This document shows positions 1-13,541 of a stretch of DNA of 64,000 nucleotides, piece after piece. Position 1 is the first letter of the stretch, and every line of letters begins with the position of its first letter. This DNA is from the human T2T-CHM13v2.0 reference genome, Homo sapiens. The translations under genes were made by a program, and so were the position numbers. The stretch lies in the NCBI RefSeq assembly GCF_009914755.1, contig NC_060932.1; one strand, 5' to 3'. Under the pieces are notes generated by a model that ran no database searches, had not been told where the DNA came from, and saw only the letters and a program-made list of their open reading frames with translations.

Positions 1-53
1 CACTTTTTTTTTTTTTTTTTAGCAGGGAGACACAAACCATCTTAAAGGATTGA

Positions 54-382
<329 letters not shown>

Positions 383-1224
383 TGAATTAAGTTATTTTAA
401 GGTCCTTGAATGTATCACATTTTATGAGTCTATGTGAATAAGTGGTGTTTGAAGTCAGGAAAAGTAATGTCAGTGGATGGGAGTAATAGGGGAGAGCTTT
501 CTAGAAAGAGGGTGTAGCCAGGATGGAAGTCCAGGCTGTGAGAACCAATGTCAGCAAAGGTCAGGAATGTTTGTCTCTAGAAGAAGGTATTCATGGATGA
601 GTCAGAGAGCAGAAAGAGAGAAGACTGGATCTTTGGGTTGGGAAAAAAAACATGAAAGACCTTGAATGCCAAGTATATTGGACTCTTGGTTAAGTGGTTA
701 AGTGATTAAGTCTTCAGCTTCCTTTTTCCAAATGGGTTACAGAAAACCTTCTTGGAGACCAGACTTTAGCTTAAGGGGTATGCCTGATTGGCGTAGGGAT
801 AATATCCACCCACTGCTGATAGCAAGTTCAGGAATGGGTCCATGACCCCAATGTAGGTAGATCTGTGAGTCTTCATAATATTTAAAGTCCTTCCCGTGGA
901 CCCCATTGATGCCAATCTTGCTGTGGACTTACTTTGGCTAATGAAAATGAGCCCAGGGATGGGTCTGGCAATGTCCTAGATAAGAGTTTTCCTTCAATAT
1001 GGGCCCTAGAATTAGAAGATAGGAAACAGAACTGCAGCCAATTCACGTCAGACATGCGCAACAAGCAAGAGCCAAACCCTTATTGTAAGTGACAGCAACT
1101 TTAGCCCAATAAAGAATTGAAAGGAAAGGTCTACTAGATGATTTGGGGAAAGTTTTTTTTTTTTTATCTTTGAAAACACACACACCCGTCCACCCACCCA
1201 CCTACACACAGGGACTACATCTTT

Positions 1225-1470
1225 CACTGGAAGTTACTGGGGAAGCATGAAGCCCTTGATTTCACTGTTAGGCAACTTAAATCATGGGAAAGACCAGCCT
1301 TAGCATGAAGCCAATGCTGGAGAGATGGAAAGAAGTTAGATCTTTCACAGCCCTGAGCCATTGATCCTACTTCTGGATGGCTCTTATATGAATCCTGTAT
1401 TTCTTTTTTTAAACCAATGTGAGTTGGATTTTCTATTACTTGTTGTTGAAACCATCCCAATTAATTCACA
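1225..1470 (+). mobile_element. Old ERVL-type LTR 3' part (LTR16/LTR33-like)
   Basis: Terminal motif ...AAACCAATGTGAGTTGGATTTTCTATTACTTG...CATCCCAATTAATTCA resembles LTR16/33 3' ends; boundaries approximate. Confidence 0.5.
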
Positions 1471-1561
1471 AAATGAAACAGCTAGATGTAATTTTGGGGT
1501 TACAGGTCACTGAAGGGTTTTGATAAGGTAGTAATAAGATACAAGCAATGAATTAAAAAGC

Positions 1562-1911
1562 TGTTTTGGTCTGTTAGGGCTGCTATCACACAATATTATA
1601 AACCGGGTATGTCAAACAACAGAAATGTATTTCTCATAGTTCTGGAGGCTGAGAAGTCCAAGATCAAAGCAGCTGATTTGGTGTCTGATGAGGGCCCATT
1701 TTCTGGTTCATAGATGGTGCTGTCTAGCTGTGTCCTCACATGGTAGGAAGAGTGAGGAATCTCTTTTATAAGGGCATTAATCCCATTCACAAGGGCTCTG
1801 TCCCCATGACCTTATAAACTCCCAAAGGCCCCACCTCATAATACTATCACCTTGGTGGTAAGGATTTCAACATATGAATTTTGGGGAGATGCAAACATTC
1901 AGGCCATAGCA
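1562..1911 (-). mobile_element. MaLR solo LTR (MLT1A-like)
   Basis: TG...CA ends; hallmark motifs TTCTGGAGGCTGAGAAGTCCAAGATCAA, CCCAAAGGCCCCACCTC, TTTCAACATATGAATTTTGGGG, ACATTCAGGCCATAGCA. Confidence 0.85.
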
Positions 1912-2559
1912 AAAGGTACATCTGGCTTTTGTGAAGAAAGGTTCACAATGGATGGGAAGAGATAAGAAGAAAGCAGGAAGGCCAGTCCTAGAAAAATGGC
2001 ACCAATCCACATAGAGTGCAGTGGGAGCCCAGTAGGGAATGCAATGGACAGGGGAGAAGTGAGGGACATTCTGAAGAATGATAGGACTCAGTGCCTGGAG
2101 GAGGAGAGGAGGCTTCAAAGGCAAGAGAGTTGGCAGGACTGTGAGAATGGTGAGGTCTGGTAGGATAGGGAAGAAGAAAGGAGGAGTCAGTTGAGAATGA
2201 AGATTATGATTTGCTCTGGGACATAACAAGTTTAAACATACTATGTGGAGTCTACTATGTGGGAGGTACTAAAGATTTTGAGAAGAATAAGACCTAGTCC
2301 ATTTCCTGTGAGACTCCCAAAGCCTAGAAGGGAAGTAGTGGCAAACAAATGAATTGCAATACAGTGATTAGAACAGCAAGGTGTAGAGGCAGCACAGGGG
2401 TGAGAGATCCAAGGAGACATTTATCCATGTTCTTATCGAGATCAGATGGGAGCTTGTGAGAAGCCAGGACTGTCAAAACCCACGTGGACCTCATTTGCAG
2501 AGTAGCAATAGATACTGCCATGCAAGAGATGAATCTCCAAGAGTGACAAGATGCAGTGG

Positions 2560-2800
2560 GAGTGGAACAGAGCAAAAGTGAAGGCAGATTTAGGTTGGTG
2601 GCTTTATTTCTGCCACTTGCTGGCTATGTGAATTTGGGCTTGTTATTTGTGATGTGAAGCTTCAATTTCTTCCTTCATAAAGGGGAAAAAAAGTGGCTAC
2701 CTCCTTGCTTTGTTGCAAAAATTAAATGATATAACTCATGTGAAGTACTTTGTACCATATCTATAATTTGATAACTGCTTACAGAATGTTAGCTTTATTA
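2560..2800. mobile_element. MIR SINE remnant
   Basis: Core TCTGCCACTTGCTGGCTATGTGAATTTGGGC...ATTAAATGATATAACTCATGTGAAGTACTT. Confidence 0.7.
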
Positions 2801-2819
2801 TCTTTATTATCATCATTAC

Positions 2820-3275
2820 TGTTAGTAGTATATATTGCTGCATAAAAAACTGCCTCAGTGCAACTATTTACTTATTCATGAATCTGCAATTTGGTCAGGG
2901 GTTGGTAGGAATGACTCATTCCTGTTCCATGATGTCAGCCCACATGGCTGAAAAGGGACTGGAGGATTCACTTCCACGACTGGCAAGTTAGTGCTGGATT
3001 TGGGTGGGTGCTTGGCTGGGGTCCTAAGTTCCTTCGTATGTGGGTCCCTCCATGAGCCTGCTTTTGCTTCCCTATGGCATGATGGGGATGAGGATTCTAA
3101 AGATAGGAAGTAGAAGCTGTCAAATTTTAAGGCCAACAACCAGAAACTGGTGCAGGATTACTGCTGCCATATTTTATTGGCCAATCAGTCACAAGCCCAC
3201 CCAGATCCACAGGAGGAGGACATGGACCTCACCTCTCAGTAGGGAGGATTTGTGGCCATCTTTCATCTACCATGT
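2820..3275 (-). mobile_element. Old MaLR LTR (MLT1 family)
   Basis: ATTGCTGCATAA...TCATGAATCTGCAATTTGG...CTGCCATATTTTATTGGCCAATCAGTCACAAGCCCACCCAGATCCA...TCTACCA motifs. Confidence 0.7.
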
Positions 3276-3581
3276 AATGGAATAAAAAAATAAACTTAGA
3301 GAAAGCCTACCATCAGGAAGCAGAGGTAGAGTCAAAGACATATTCTTTTAAAAAAGTGATTGAGGGATTAAATAGCAAAGCTCTATACATTTAAAAGGAA
3401 CTCTGCCATGCCATTCCATTAATAAGGATCAAATTTGATTAAATGTAGAAGCAGATGACTACTGCCTTTTAAAGTTTAACAGAAGAGCGAGGAGATCTGG
3501 TTAAATAATGGAACCAGAGACCTTAGATCTGAAAGGACCTCAGAGACCCTCTGATGCAGGCCTTTGTGTAATCATTGGAGG

Positions 3582-4100
3582 TGAAACTGGCCCAGTTGTC
3601 CCATAGAACTAATGTTTACGGTTTCTTTGAATAAACGTAGAAATTGGCCCTCCCAGTCTTAAAACTTGAGAAAGCTACATTTGCCTTATCTGAGTTCCTT
3701 TCTCAGGAAACCAACCATCAGGGCTTTCAGATAGTATCAAGGAGCTGAAACTTACTGAAATCACTGCATCTGGACAATAAGACACCAGACTTCTCACCCT
3801 TCATGATTGCCTAACCGACCACCTGCTTCCCATTGAACAGCTTCTCTTCCTTTCCTGCCCACCCCCACCACCCCCACCCCCCACCAAATTCCTGTTTTTC
3901 CATATATGGTTACATTTCTTCTCTGCTATATAAACTCCTAATTTTAGTTGGTCAGGGAGATGGATTTGAGACCTATCTCCCATATCCTTGGCTGTGGCAC
4001 CGGATTAAAGCCTTCTTCCCTGGCAATACTCATCTCAGTGATTGGCTTTCTGTGTGGTGAACAGCAGGACGTAGACCAAATCCCTGGTGTTTCAATAACA
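3582..4100 (+). mobile_element. ERV1 solo LTR (LTR54-like)
   Basis: Begins TGAAAC and ends TAACA; TATATAAA box near 3927; ATTAAA poly(A) signal near 4004; flanks GGAGG/GGAGC act as TSD. Confidence 0.8.
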
Positions 4101-6309
4101 GGAGCAGAATCTACTCTTGCCAGAAAGGTTTGTGAGAGAACCCACAGCTAGGGGATGGAGAGTATTTCAGTGGGACATTTGTGTCTACCTAGACAGTCAC
4201 ATTCCGTAGTGTAACAGTCTTTCTCTGGTTATCCTCTCTTGGAGGGAGGGAGAACAAGTGAAAACAGTTTCCTCAAAGGAAGACATCAACTGCAGTTTAA
4301 TTCATCCAAATATATCAACTTCTAAAGTATCTATCTGCTATTCCTCACCAAACACTCTTTAGTGCAAAACATAATATTTCAAACATGGCTTGTTTGTCTA
4401 ATGTAAGACAGCACTTTCTAAGCTGGTTTGTCAGATCCCCAAGATTTTGCACTAGGAAGATATGTAACTCTGTCCTCTTGCATGGATCTGGCTTTCTAGC
4501 TCAGGGCAAAAATGAAGTGCAATTTTTTTTTTTTAGTGGATTATTTATTTAAAGAGTACTGAATAAGTAGTTGGGAGACCAAGGTTCTGATCTGAGGCTT
4601 AGCCTTGACTATCTCCTACCTGCATCAGTGAGGCAAATAGGTTTCTGGAGAAGTGCTAGAAGGTTCTTCCCAATTCTCGGGATCAAAGACTGTGTGAGCA
4701 AGGTCACTGGACAGAAGTGAAGAGTGACAATGTATCCTGCTTCCTGAGGGACCCAGGAGTAAAACTTATCACAAAGAGAACACGTTTCCTTAAACACACA
4801 CTGCCAAGGGTTCCTGGGTTTCCCTAAATTCTTAGGACAGTATATAGGAAATACGTTGCTTGATTTTAACTGTGCAGGCCCAAAGTCTAATAGATCAACA
4901 CCCAGTATTATGAAAGGCATCCCAGCATCTCTGCAGGCAGTTCAAGGCCTTTGTTTGTTATTTTTCAAATAATGTTGTGCTGCTGACTCATGTTTGTCTT
5001 GTGCCCCACTGTGACCACCTAGATATTCATGGCCCTAATCACGTTCCATGTTATTAATAATCAGTGCCTATGAAATTTTACTACTCTCTGGCTTGTTATC
5101 GAGTCCTGGAAGTATGCAAATAGATTAATCAAGCAGCTCCTACGCTGAAAACCTTGAATGGAACTTTAAGGATGGTGGAAGTATTTGCCCTGGCTCTCGA
5201 TGTCTCCTCCAATCAAGCCTGAGGTGTGTTTTCCTCCTAACTTTTAATTGCATGACCTCTGAGAACCTAATTTCCAGAAAATCCATTTATTATTTTAATG
5301 CTCATTTGGCATTATTATTTTCCCAAAGCAATCTTTTTGTCTCTGAATCTCTTAGGAGAGTTGAGAAGCAAGCCAAGAAAAGCTTCATTTTCTCCTCCTG
5401 GCCCTCAAAGGAAGCAGAAATGAAACATTAAAAATCTTAGTTTCTAGTCCGGGCTGGGGATCGGGGGAAGGGAGGAGGAAAGGAAAGCAGGGAAGAAAGA
5501 GATTGGAAGGCACTTGCCTTGGTCCCAGATGGAAAGCAATCCAGCAGATTGCCTTTAAACAGCAGTGTCCCTGCAAATAGGGCACTCTGGCTGTTTTGTG
5601 TCACTTGAAAGCATCTTGTTGATATTTTTGTAGATTTTATGATACATTCTAAAGCATGCATCAGGAACAGCCACTTGGAGTTCTGGCAGTAATGAACATT
5701 GTTATACTCACAGTCTGAGTAGTCTTTACTTCAAAGGGAGGCGTTGATCTGATCTTTCATCTTCTCAGCTGTTGCTCACCAGCTTCCTTTAAATACTGTT
5801 TGAACTAAAAACCCCACATTTCCTGGTTTCAGTGAGCAATTCCCCTGATACTTCTAATCTTCTCACTTGGAAGCTACTAAACTGTGATTGAATGATGCCA
5901 TTAGCAAGAAGGAGGTAAATACATCTAAACGTGCTGTCTTAGACTTTAATAATAACTAGCTTGTGTCTTCAGCACTCCTGCTTGTTTACAGAAATGGGTG
6001 TACTTGGGAGAGGGAGAAAGAAAAAAGAAATGTTGAATGAATGAGTGAGTATTTTAAGCAGGCAGTTTGGTTTGGTGATATGAAAAGGTGTCTCACACCC
6101 CTCTTTGTAGAATGATAAAAAGAGGAAAGAAAAGTAAATATTCTACCCTTTGGAAATAGTGAACCAGATTTTCCACAAGGTAAGTAACTTTGGTCAACCT
6201 TACTTTAGGCTACTTTCCATGGAGGACTATTTATTTAAGCCAGGTAAATGGCTTGGGCACTGATCCCTGAACATTGCTTATTTTCTTCCACCACCAAAAG
6301 TTATTCATA

Positions 6310-6486
6310 CTATGTGACTACTTAAATTTAAATAGAGATAATTTCAAATTAAATACAATTGAAAATTTAGTTCCTCTTTTGTACTAACCACATTTTGAGG
6401 GCTCCATGTAAGGTGGTGTCTACCACATAGGCTGGTACATAAACAGACATTTCCATCATCTCAGAGTCCTGTGCGTGGAGCTGCTC
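6310..6486 (-). mobile_element. MER3-like hAT DNA transposon remnant
   Basis: AATTTAGTTCCTC...ACCACATTTTGAG...ACATTTCCATCATCTCAGAG matches the reverse of MER3. Confidence 0.7.
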
Positions 6487-7606
6487 CAGAGACCTATAAA
6501 GTGTTTCTTGTTCTTCCACAATTATGATTAAATGGACTAGTCGTGATCTTTAGTTCATGACGCATTCCTATCATTGATTGATACATGTCTCAATATTTAT
6601 TTATTCATTAGTTTTCATCCTATAAAAACATCCATAAAGCCACAACTCAGAAGTAGTCAGGACCTTAAAAATAATGTACATCTAGTCATGTATCCACATC
6701 CCATTCTGCTATTCCCCCTCCTGAGATTACTTAACCATCATCATGGTTCCAATGTTGATTCATGCCCTTGCTTTTCTTTTCATGTATATTCATAACAGTT
6801 CATGTGCATATATGCATATATGTGTGAATGTATTCCTACACATATAATTTTTGTTTTTAACTTTATAAAAATAATATGCTAAATGTAATTTGGGAGGACT
6901 TTGAAATTTAGCATACTATCATTATATGTTGCAGTTGTTTTTTTCAGATATGTAATATGGTACACATTGTGTGAACATACCACGGTTTGTTTCTCTACCC
7001 TCTCGTTGATAGGTTTTTGGATTACATCAGGTTTTTGTTATTGTGAACAGTGCTCTCATGAGTGTTCTAATACATATTTCCTGTTGTAGATGTGCAAGAG
7101 TTTCTCTTGGGTATTTATCAAAGAATAGAATTACTGGTTATAAGATATATGAAGGCTTAACTTCAGGAGATAATGACAAACTGTTTTCCATAGGGAATTT
7201 GCTAGTTTACTCCTCAAGCAATGTAAAAAAGATCTTATGGATCCCCATCCTTTCCAGCACTGGTTTGTCATTTTTAGCCAGTTAAATAGGTGTAAAATGG
7301 TATCTCCTGGTGGCCTTGATTTGAACTTCCTAGGTCACTAATAGGGTTGAACATATCTTCAAATGTTTATCAGTTACATCCAATTCTGAAATGCCTGTTC
7401 ATGACTTTTGCCCATTTTTATATTGAATTGTTTGTGCTTTTTAAATTGATATGAGTTCTTTATATCATCTTGGTACTAATCCATTGTGTGCATTGCAAAT
7501 ATCTTCTCGATTTTCAACTTATTTTTTATGAGGTTTTGGAAGAACAAGCGTTTTTAGTTTTAGTATAGTCAAATTTATCACTCTTTTCTTTATAGTCATC
7601 CTTTTT

Positions 7607-7910
7607 TTCTTTTTCTTTTTTTTTTTTGAGATGCAGTCTTGCTCTGTTTCCCAGGCTGGAGTGCAGTGGCGTGATCTCAGCTCACTGCAAGCTCCGTCTC
7701 CTGGGTTCACGCCATTCTCCTGCCTCGGCCTCCTGAATAGCTGGGACTACAGGTGCCCACTACCACATCCAGCTAATTTTTTGTATTTTTAGTAGAGATG
7801 GGGTTTCACTGTGTTAGCCAGGTTGGTGTCTCAATCTCCTGACGTCGTGATCCGCCCGCCTCAGCCTCCCAAAGTGCTGGGATTACAGGTGTGAGCCACT
7901 GCGCCCAGCC
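7607..7910 (-). mobile_element. Alu (AluY/Sc-like)
   Basis: CTGCAAGCTCC...TTCACGCCATTCTCC diagnostics; TSD TATAGTCAT(C/G)CTTTTT at 7591 and 7911. Confidence 0.95.
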
Positions 7911-8590
7911 TATAGTCATGCTTTTTTAATGTCTTTTCCAAAAATAATTTTTTCATCTCAAAAGCTCTTCCTCTTGTTTTTTTGCTAAGAAATTTAAATT
8001 TTTTTTTCCATTTAAATCCTTCATTCATCTGGAGTTGGTATTTGGCCATGAAGTGAGATAGGGTTACATTTGAATTTTTTTCCACATAGGTAACCCCTTT
8101 TCCCCCCAGTTCCACTTATTGAACAAGACTTAGTTTTCTTCATTGATCAGACATTACACCTTTGTCCTAACCCAAAGTTCTGTTAATTGGTTGATTTCTG
8201 GTTCTTTAAGTCTGTTTCATTAATCAATTTGTCTGTCTCTGCCCTAATACCATAGTCTTTTAATTGCCAGACATTCATAGTAGGTCCTAATAGTTAAATA
8301 AAGCATTTGCTCATTCCTTATACTTCTTATACTTCTTACTCAGATGTGTCCTGGCTATTTGTGGCTTTCTACTTTTTAATATACATGTTATAATATTACC
8401 AAATTCTACTTTTAAAAAACCCACTCCTCACCCAACACAGTGGTCATTTAAATTGGAAATGCATTGAATCCACAGTTCAATTTGGGAGTAGCCATTTCTA
8501 TGGTAAATCTCCCTGTGTAAGAACATGTTCTCTCTCTCTCTGTTTTCTGCAATATCTCTCATCTTGCACATATTTTTCTTCATTAGTCCT

Positions 8591-9170
8591 TGTATTAGTA
8601 TGTTTTGCATTGTTATGAAGGAATACCTGAGATTGGGTAATTTATAAAGAAAAGAGGTTTATTTGGTTCATTGTTTGCAAGCTGTATAAGAAGAGTGGTA
8701 CCGGCATCTGCTTCTAGTAAGGGTCTCAGGAAGCTTTCAACAATAGTAGATAGGTGAAGTGGGAACAGGCATGTCATATGGCAAGACAGGGAGCAAGAGA
8801 GGCAGCAGTGCCATGTTCTTTTAAACAGCCAGATCTTATGTGAACTAATAGAGCAAGAACTCACTTATGCAGGACAGGCACCAAGTCATTCATGAGGGAT
8901 CTGCCCCCATGACCCAAATACCTGCTACTAGGCCCCACGTCCAATATTGGAGGTCATATTTCTTTATTTCTTTACTTTTATTTTTTTAATAGAGACAAGG
9001 TCTTGCTATGTTGACCAGGCTGGTCTCAAACTCCTGGGCTTAAGCAATCCACCCACCTCAGCCTTCCAAAGTGCTAGGATTGCAGCCATGAGCCACCACA
9101 CCAGGACTGGAGATCAGATTTCAACATGAGATTTGGAGGGGACAAATATTCAAACTGTATCAGTATATCA
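8591..9170 (-). mobile_element. MSTB-like MaLR solo LTR, interrupted by a FLAM
   Basis: TGTATTAGT...GAATACCTGAGATTGGGTAATTTATAAAGAAAAGAGG...CAACATGAGATTTGGAGGGGACAAA...TATCA; 5-bp TSD GTCCT (8586-8590, 9171-9175). Confidence 0.9.
8962..9107 (-). mobile_element. FLAM_C-like Alu monomer
   Basis: Left-arm-only Alu with T-rich tail; TSD TGGAGGTCATATTT / TGGAGATCAGATTT. Confidence 0.85.
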
Positions 9171-9178
9171 GTCCTTGA

Positions 9179-9470
<292 letters not shown>

Positions 9471-9475
9471 TCTCA

Positions 9476-9842
<367 letters not shown>

Positions 9843-9870
9843 CATAAGCATATATACAAACAAAATGAAA

Positions 9871-9875
<5 letters not shown>

Positions 9876-9914
<39 letters not shown>
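9876..9914. repeat. (TA)n microsatellite
   Basis: About 18 TA units. Confidence 0.95.
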
Positions 9915-9918
<4 letters not shown>

Positions 9919-11574
9919 TTACCAGCCAATTTTCAGCCCTTCCATTATTTTAAATAACTTTTCTGTAAGTTATTTTGAGTTTTCTTTGTAAATTATCACA
10001 TAATTTGTAAATAATGAAAATTTTATTTTCTCTTTTTTAATACTTATGACTATAATTTCACATGTTTTACTCTTAAAAAGCTTTCTTTTCACCCAATATA
10101 ATAATGGGCATTATTTTCTATGCTTAAGGACTGAAGTATTACAGCAATTGTAGTAAAAAAGTAAAACATTATACAGCTCATGTGGAAACAGCTTTCTAAT
10201 TTTTTAAGACTAAGATTAGGATGCAAATCCAACCCGGAAATTGTAAATTATCACATAATTTGTAAATAATGAAAATTTTATTTCCTCTTTTTTAATCCTT
10301 ATGACTATAATTTCTTTTTCATGTCTTACTATATTGGCTAATATAGTCTATTCAATATTTCATAGAGGTATAATAAAATTACTCCTGATTTGAAAGAAAA
10401 TAATTCTAGTGTTTCGAAATTTAGGGTGATGTTTACTCTAGGGCATTTAAAAAACATATCTTTATCTGCTTAAAGAAATTCCCTCCTATTTCTAAGTTAT
10501 TAAGAGTCTTTATTATATATCAGTATTGAATTTCAGCAAACACTTTTATAGCATCTATCACATACTTTTTTAAGCTGCAAATGTGATGAATTATATTTGA
10601 TTTTCTGTTATTAAAACCACCTGCTTTGGTGTGATTAAACCCCACTTGGTTATGTTCTATAATCTTTTACATATACTGTTGAATTCAATTTGCAAATATC
10701 TTGGTTAGGATTTTCTGCATTTGTATTCAAAGGTGAGGCAGGCTAGTAATATTCCTTTCTCAATGCATTAGTCTGAGTTTGGAATAAGAATTATGCTGTT
10801 TTCATAGCATAATATGAGAAATACTTCACTTTATTATCCTTTTACTGTTAGAACAAGTTTGTGTTTATTGGGATGAGCTGTTACTTGAAAGTTTCATGGA
10901 ATTGACATACAAAATTATCTAAGCCTAGTACTTTTATTATGGGTAATTTTTAACCATCATCTAATCCTTTCAATAAATATAGAATTTTTAAATTTTTTAT
11001 TTTCTATTGAGTCAATTCTGGTAAGTTAGGTTCTTCTATGAATTTGTCCATTTTATGTAAGTTTCAAAATGTTGGCACATAGTAGTTAATAGCATCCTTA
11101 CCATATCCGTGGTTATACATGCTTGCAATAGGCAATATTGTTTATTTGAATTCTCTCTCTTACTTTCTTGCTAAGTTTTACTAAAGATTATTTGTCTTGC
11201 TTTTAGTTTCAAAGATTAACTTTTGACTTGGTTGACTAGCTCTGATTTTTTTGTGTGTGTGGATGTCTATTTCATTTCTACTCCTACTTTATCACTTTCT
11301 ACTTCCTTTGAGCTTATTCTGTTGTTCGTTTATATAACTTCTGAAGATGGACACTTATGTCATTAATTTTGAAGCTTTCTTCATTTCCATGAAAATTACT
11401 TAAGACTATACAGTTCTCTTGAAGCACTAGTTTTGATGGATTTCTTGCTTGTTGTAGTCTAATTACATTGAATTCCCTTCAAGACTCAGGTGAAATTTTA
11501 CTTCCTTTATGAAGTTGTGCTTCCCTGACCATGCTAGTTTGTGGCCATAGATTTAGTTTCACAACTCTATATTG

Positions 11575-11790
11575 TAATAAAGTGGAATAAACACAGGTTT
11601 GAAGTCACATAGATCCAGGTTAAACCCCAGCTCTGCCACATAATAGCTGTTTGACTTTCTGCATAACATGTCATTTTTCATCTTCAAAATAGAATAGAAA
11701 AAAGCTACATTTCAGGGTTTTGTAAAATTTAAATGTCAGTTAACCAACATGAAGCTGATATCAGTTTCTAGCACATAGTAAATCAATGAA
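11575..11790. mobile_element. MIR remnant
   Basis: GGTTAAACCCCAGCTCTGCCAC...CATCTTCAAAATAG...TAAATCAATGAA. Confidence 0.7.
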
Positions 11791-11796
11791 CTACTT

Positions 11797-12092
11797 TTTT
11801 CTCTCCCTACTTCTCTTCCTTCCTCACCCATCCCTTCCTTCCTCTCCTCCCTTCCTTCCTCCTTCCTTCCTTCCTCCCCTCCCTTCCTTCCTCCTCCTTC
11901 CCTTTCCTTCCCTCTCTTCCTTCCTCCCCCCCCGTTCCTTCCTCTCCTTCCTTCCTCCCCCTTTCCTCCCCTCCCTTCCTTCCTCCTCTGCTCCCTCCCT
12001 TTCTCCTCCACTCCCTCCCTTTCTCCCCCCTTCCTCCCCTGTTCCTTTCTCCCTCCCTTTTTCCCTCCCTCACTCCTTATTTCCTTCATTCC
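11797..12092. repeat. Polypyrimidine (CCTT/CCT)n low-complexity tract
   Basis: About 290 bp of almost pure C/T. Confidence 0.95.
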
Positions 12093-12486
12093 TGTTGAGG
12101 TTTATCACATTCTAGGATTGTTTTTTTCCTCTGATAGACACTGGAAATCATTTCTGCATAAAAGCTGTGTAATGCAAAGTAAGTGGACATGGCTAGTTTT
12201 CTTCCCCTTAATTCTTGATTTAAAGGTTAAGATTTTTATTAAGTATTGTAAAATTGTCCTACAAAAATGCAGTATAAACATACAATTTCACTACTAAAGT
12301 GTGTAAATTCCGTTTTTCTATATTCTTATTAATCCCAATGATTTTCATTTAAAAACAAAAAATTAAAACTATTTCATTGTGAATGGCCAAAAGATTGTGT
12401 TTTGATGAATTATCTTTAAAATCGTGTGACTTCCCAACCAGTTACATATTTCCCTATGTAATTTCTACCTAAAAGTCTTGCTTTTT

Positions 12487-13541
12487 AAAATTTATGCATA
12501 ATAGTTGTACATATTTATGAAGTACATGTGATATTTTTATATGTGCATACAATATACAATGATCAAATCAGAGTATTTGGGATATGAATTACCTCAAACA
12601 TTTATCATTTCATTTCTTATGTTGGCAACATAATCTTCTCTTTTAACTATTTTGATATATACAAGAAATTATTGTTAACTATAGTTACCGTACTGTGCTA
12701 TCAAACACAGTCCTCACTTCTTCTGTCAATGTGTATGTTTATACCCATTAATCAACCTATCTTCATCCCCCTCTTCCTTTTTCCCTTCCTGTTCTTTAGA
12801 AACTATGAATCTGCTCTCAATCTTTAGAAGATCCACTTTTTTAAAGCTCCTACATATGAACATGTGAGTGAGAACATGTGATATTTCTCTTTCTGTGCTT
12901 GGCTTATGTCAATTAACATAATAACCTCCAGTTCTATTTATATTGCTGCAAATGACAAGATTTCCATCCTTCTTATGGTGAACAATACTCCATTGTGTGT
13001 ATATCACATTTTTAAAAATTTTATCCATTGATGGACACTTAGGTTGCTTTTATCTCTTGGCTATTGTGAATAGTGCTGCAATAAACATGGGAGTGCAGAT
13101 ATCTCTTTGATACACTGTTTTCCTTTTTACTTTTGATATATAACCACTGGTAGGATTGCTGAATCATGTGGTAGTTCTATTTTTGGTTTCTTAAGGAACT
13201 TCCATACTGTTTTCCATAGTAGCTGTATTAATTTCCATTTCCACCAACAGTATATGAGCATTCCTCTTTCTCTGAGTCCTGATCATCAGCATCTGTTATC
13301 TTCTTTTTGATAATAGCCTTTCTAACTGGGGCGAGATATCTCACTTTAGTTTTGATTTGCATTTCCCTGATGATTAGTGATGTTGAGCATTTTTTTCAAT
13401 ACCTGTTGGCCATTTGTATGTCGTCTTTTGAGAAATGTCCATTTAGATCTCTTACCATTTAAAAATCAGATTTTTTTTTTTTGTTATTAAGTTCTTTGAG
13501 CTGCTTATATGTTCTGGTTGTGAATCTTGTCAGATGGATAG
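12487..13541 (-). mobile_element. 5'-truncated L1MA (L1MA4-7-like)
   Basis: Antisense L1MA 3' UTR (GTACATGTGATATTTT...ATGATCAAATCAGAGTA) plus ORF2 end; TSD TAAAAGTCTT(G)CTTTT at 12470 and 13542. Confidence 0.85.

Noticed and set aside
11736-12115. G/E/R/K-rich and P/S/L/F-rich ORFs
   Set aside because: Translations of a purine/pyrimidine low-complexity tract
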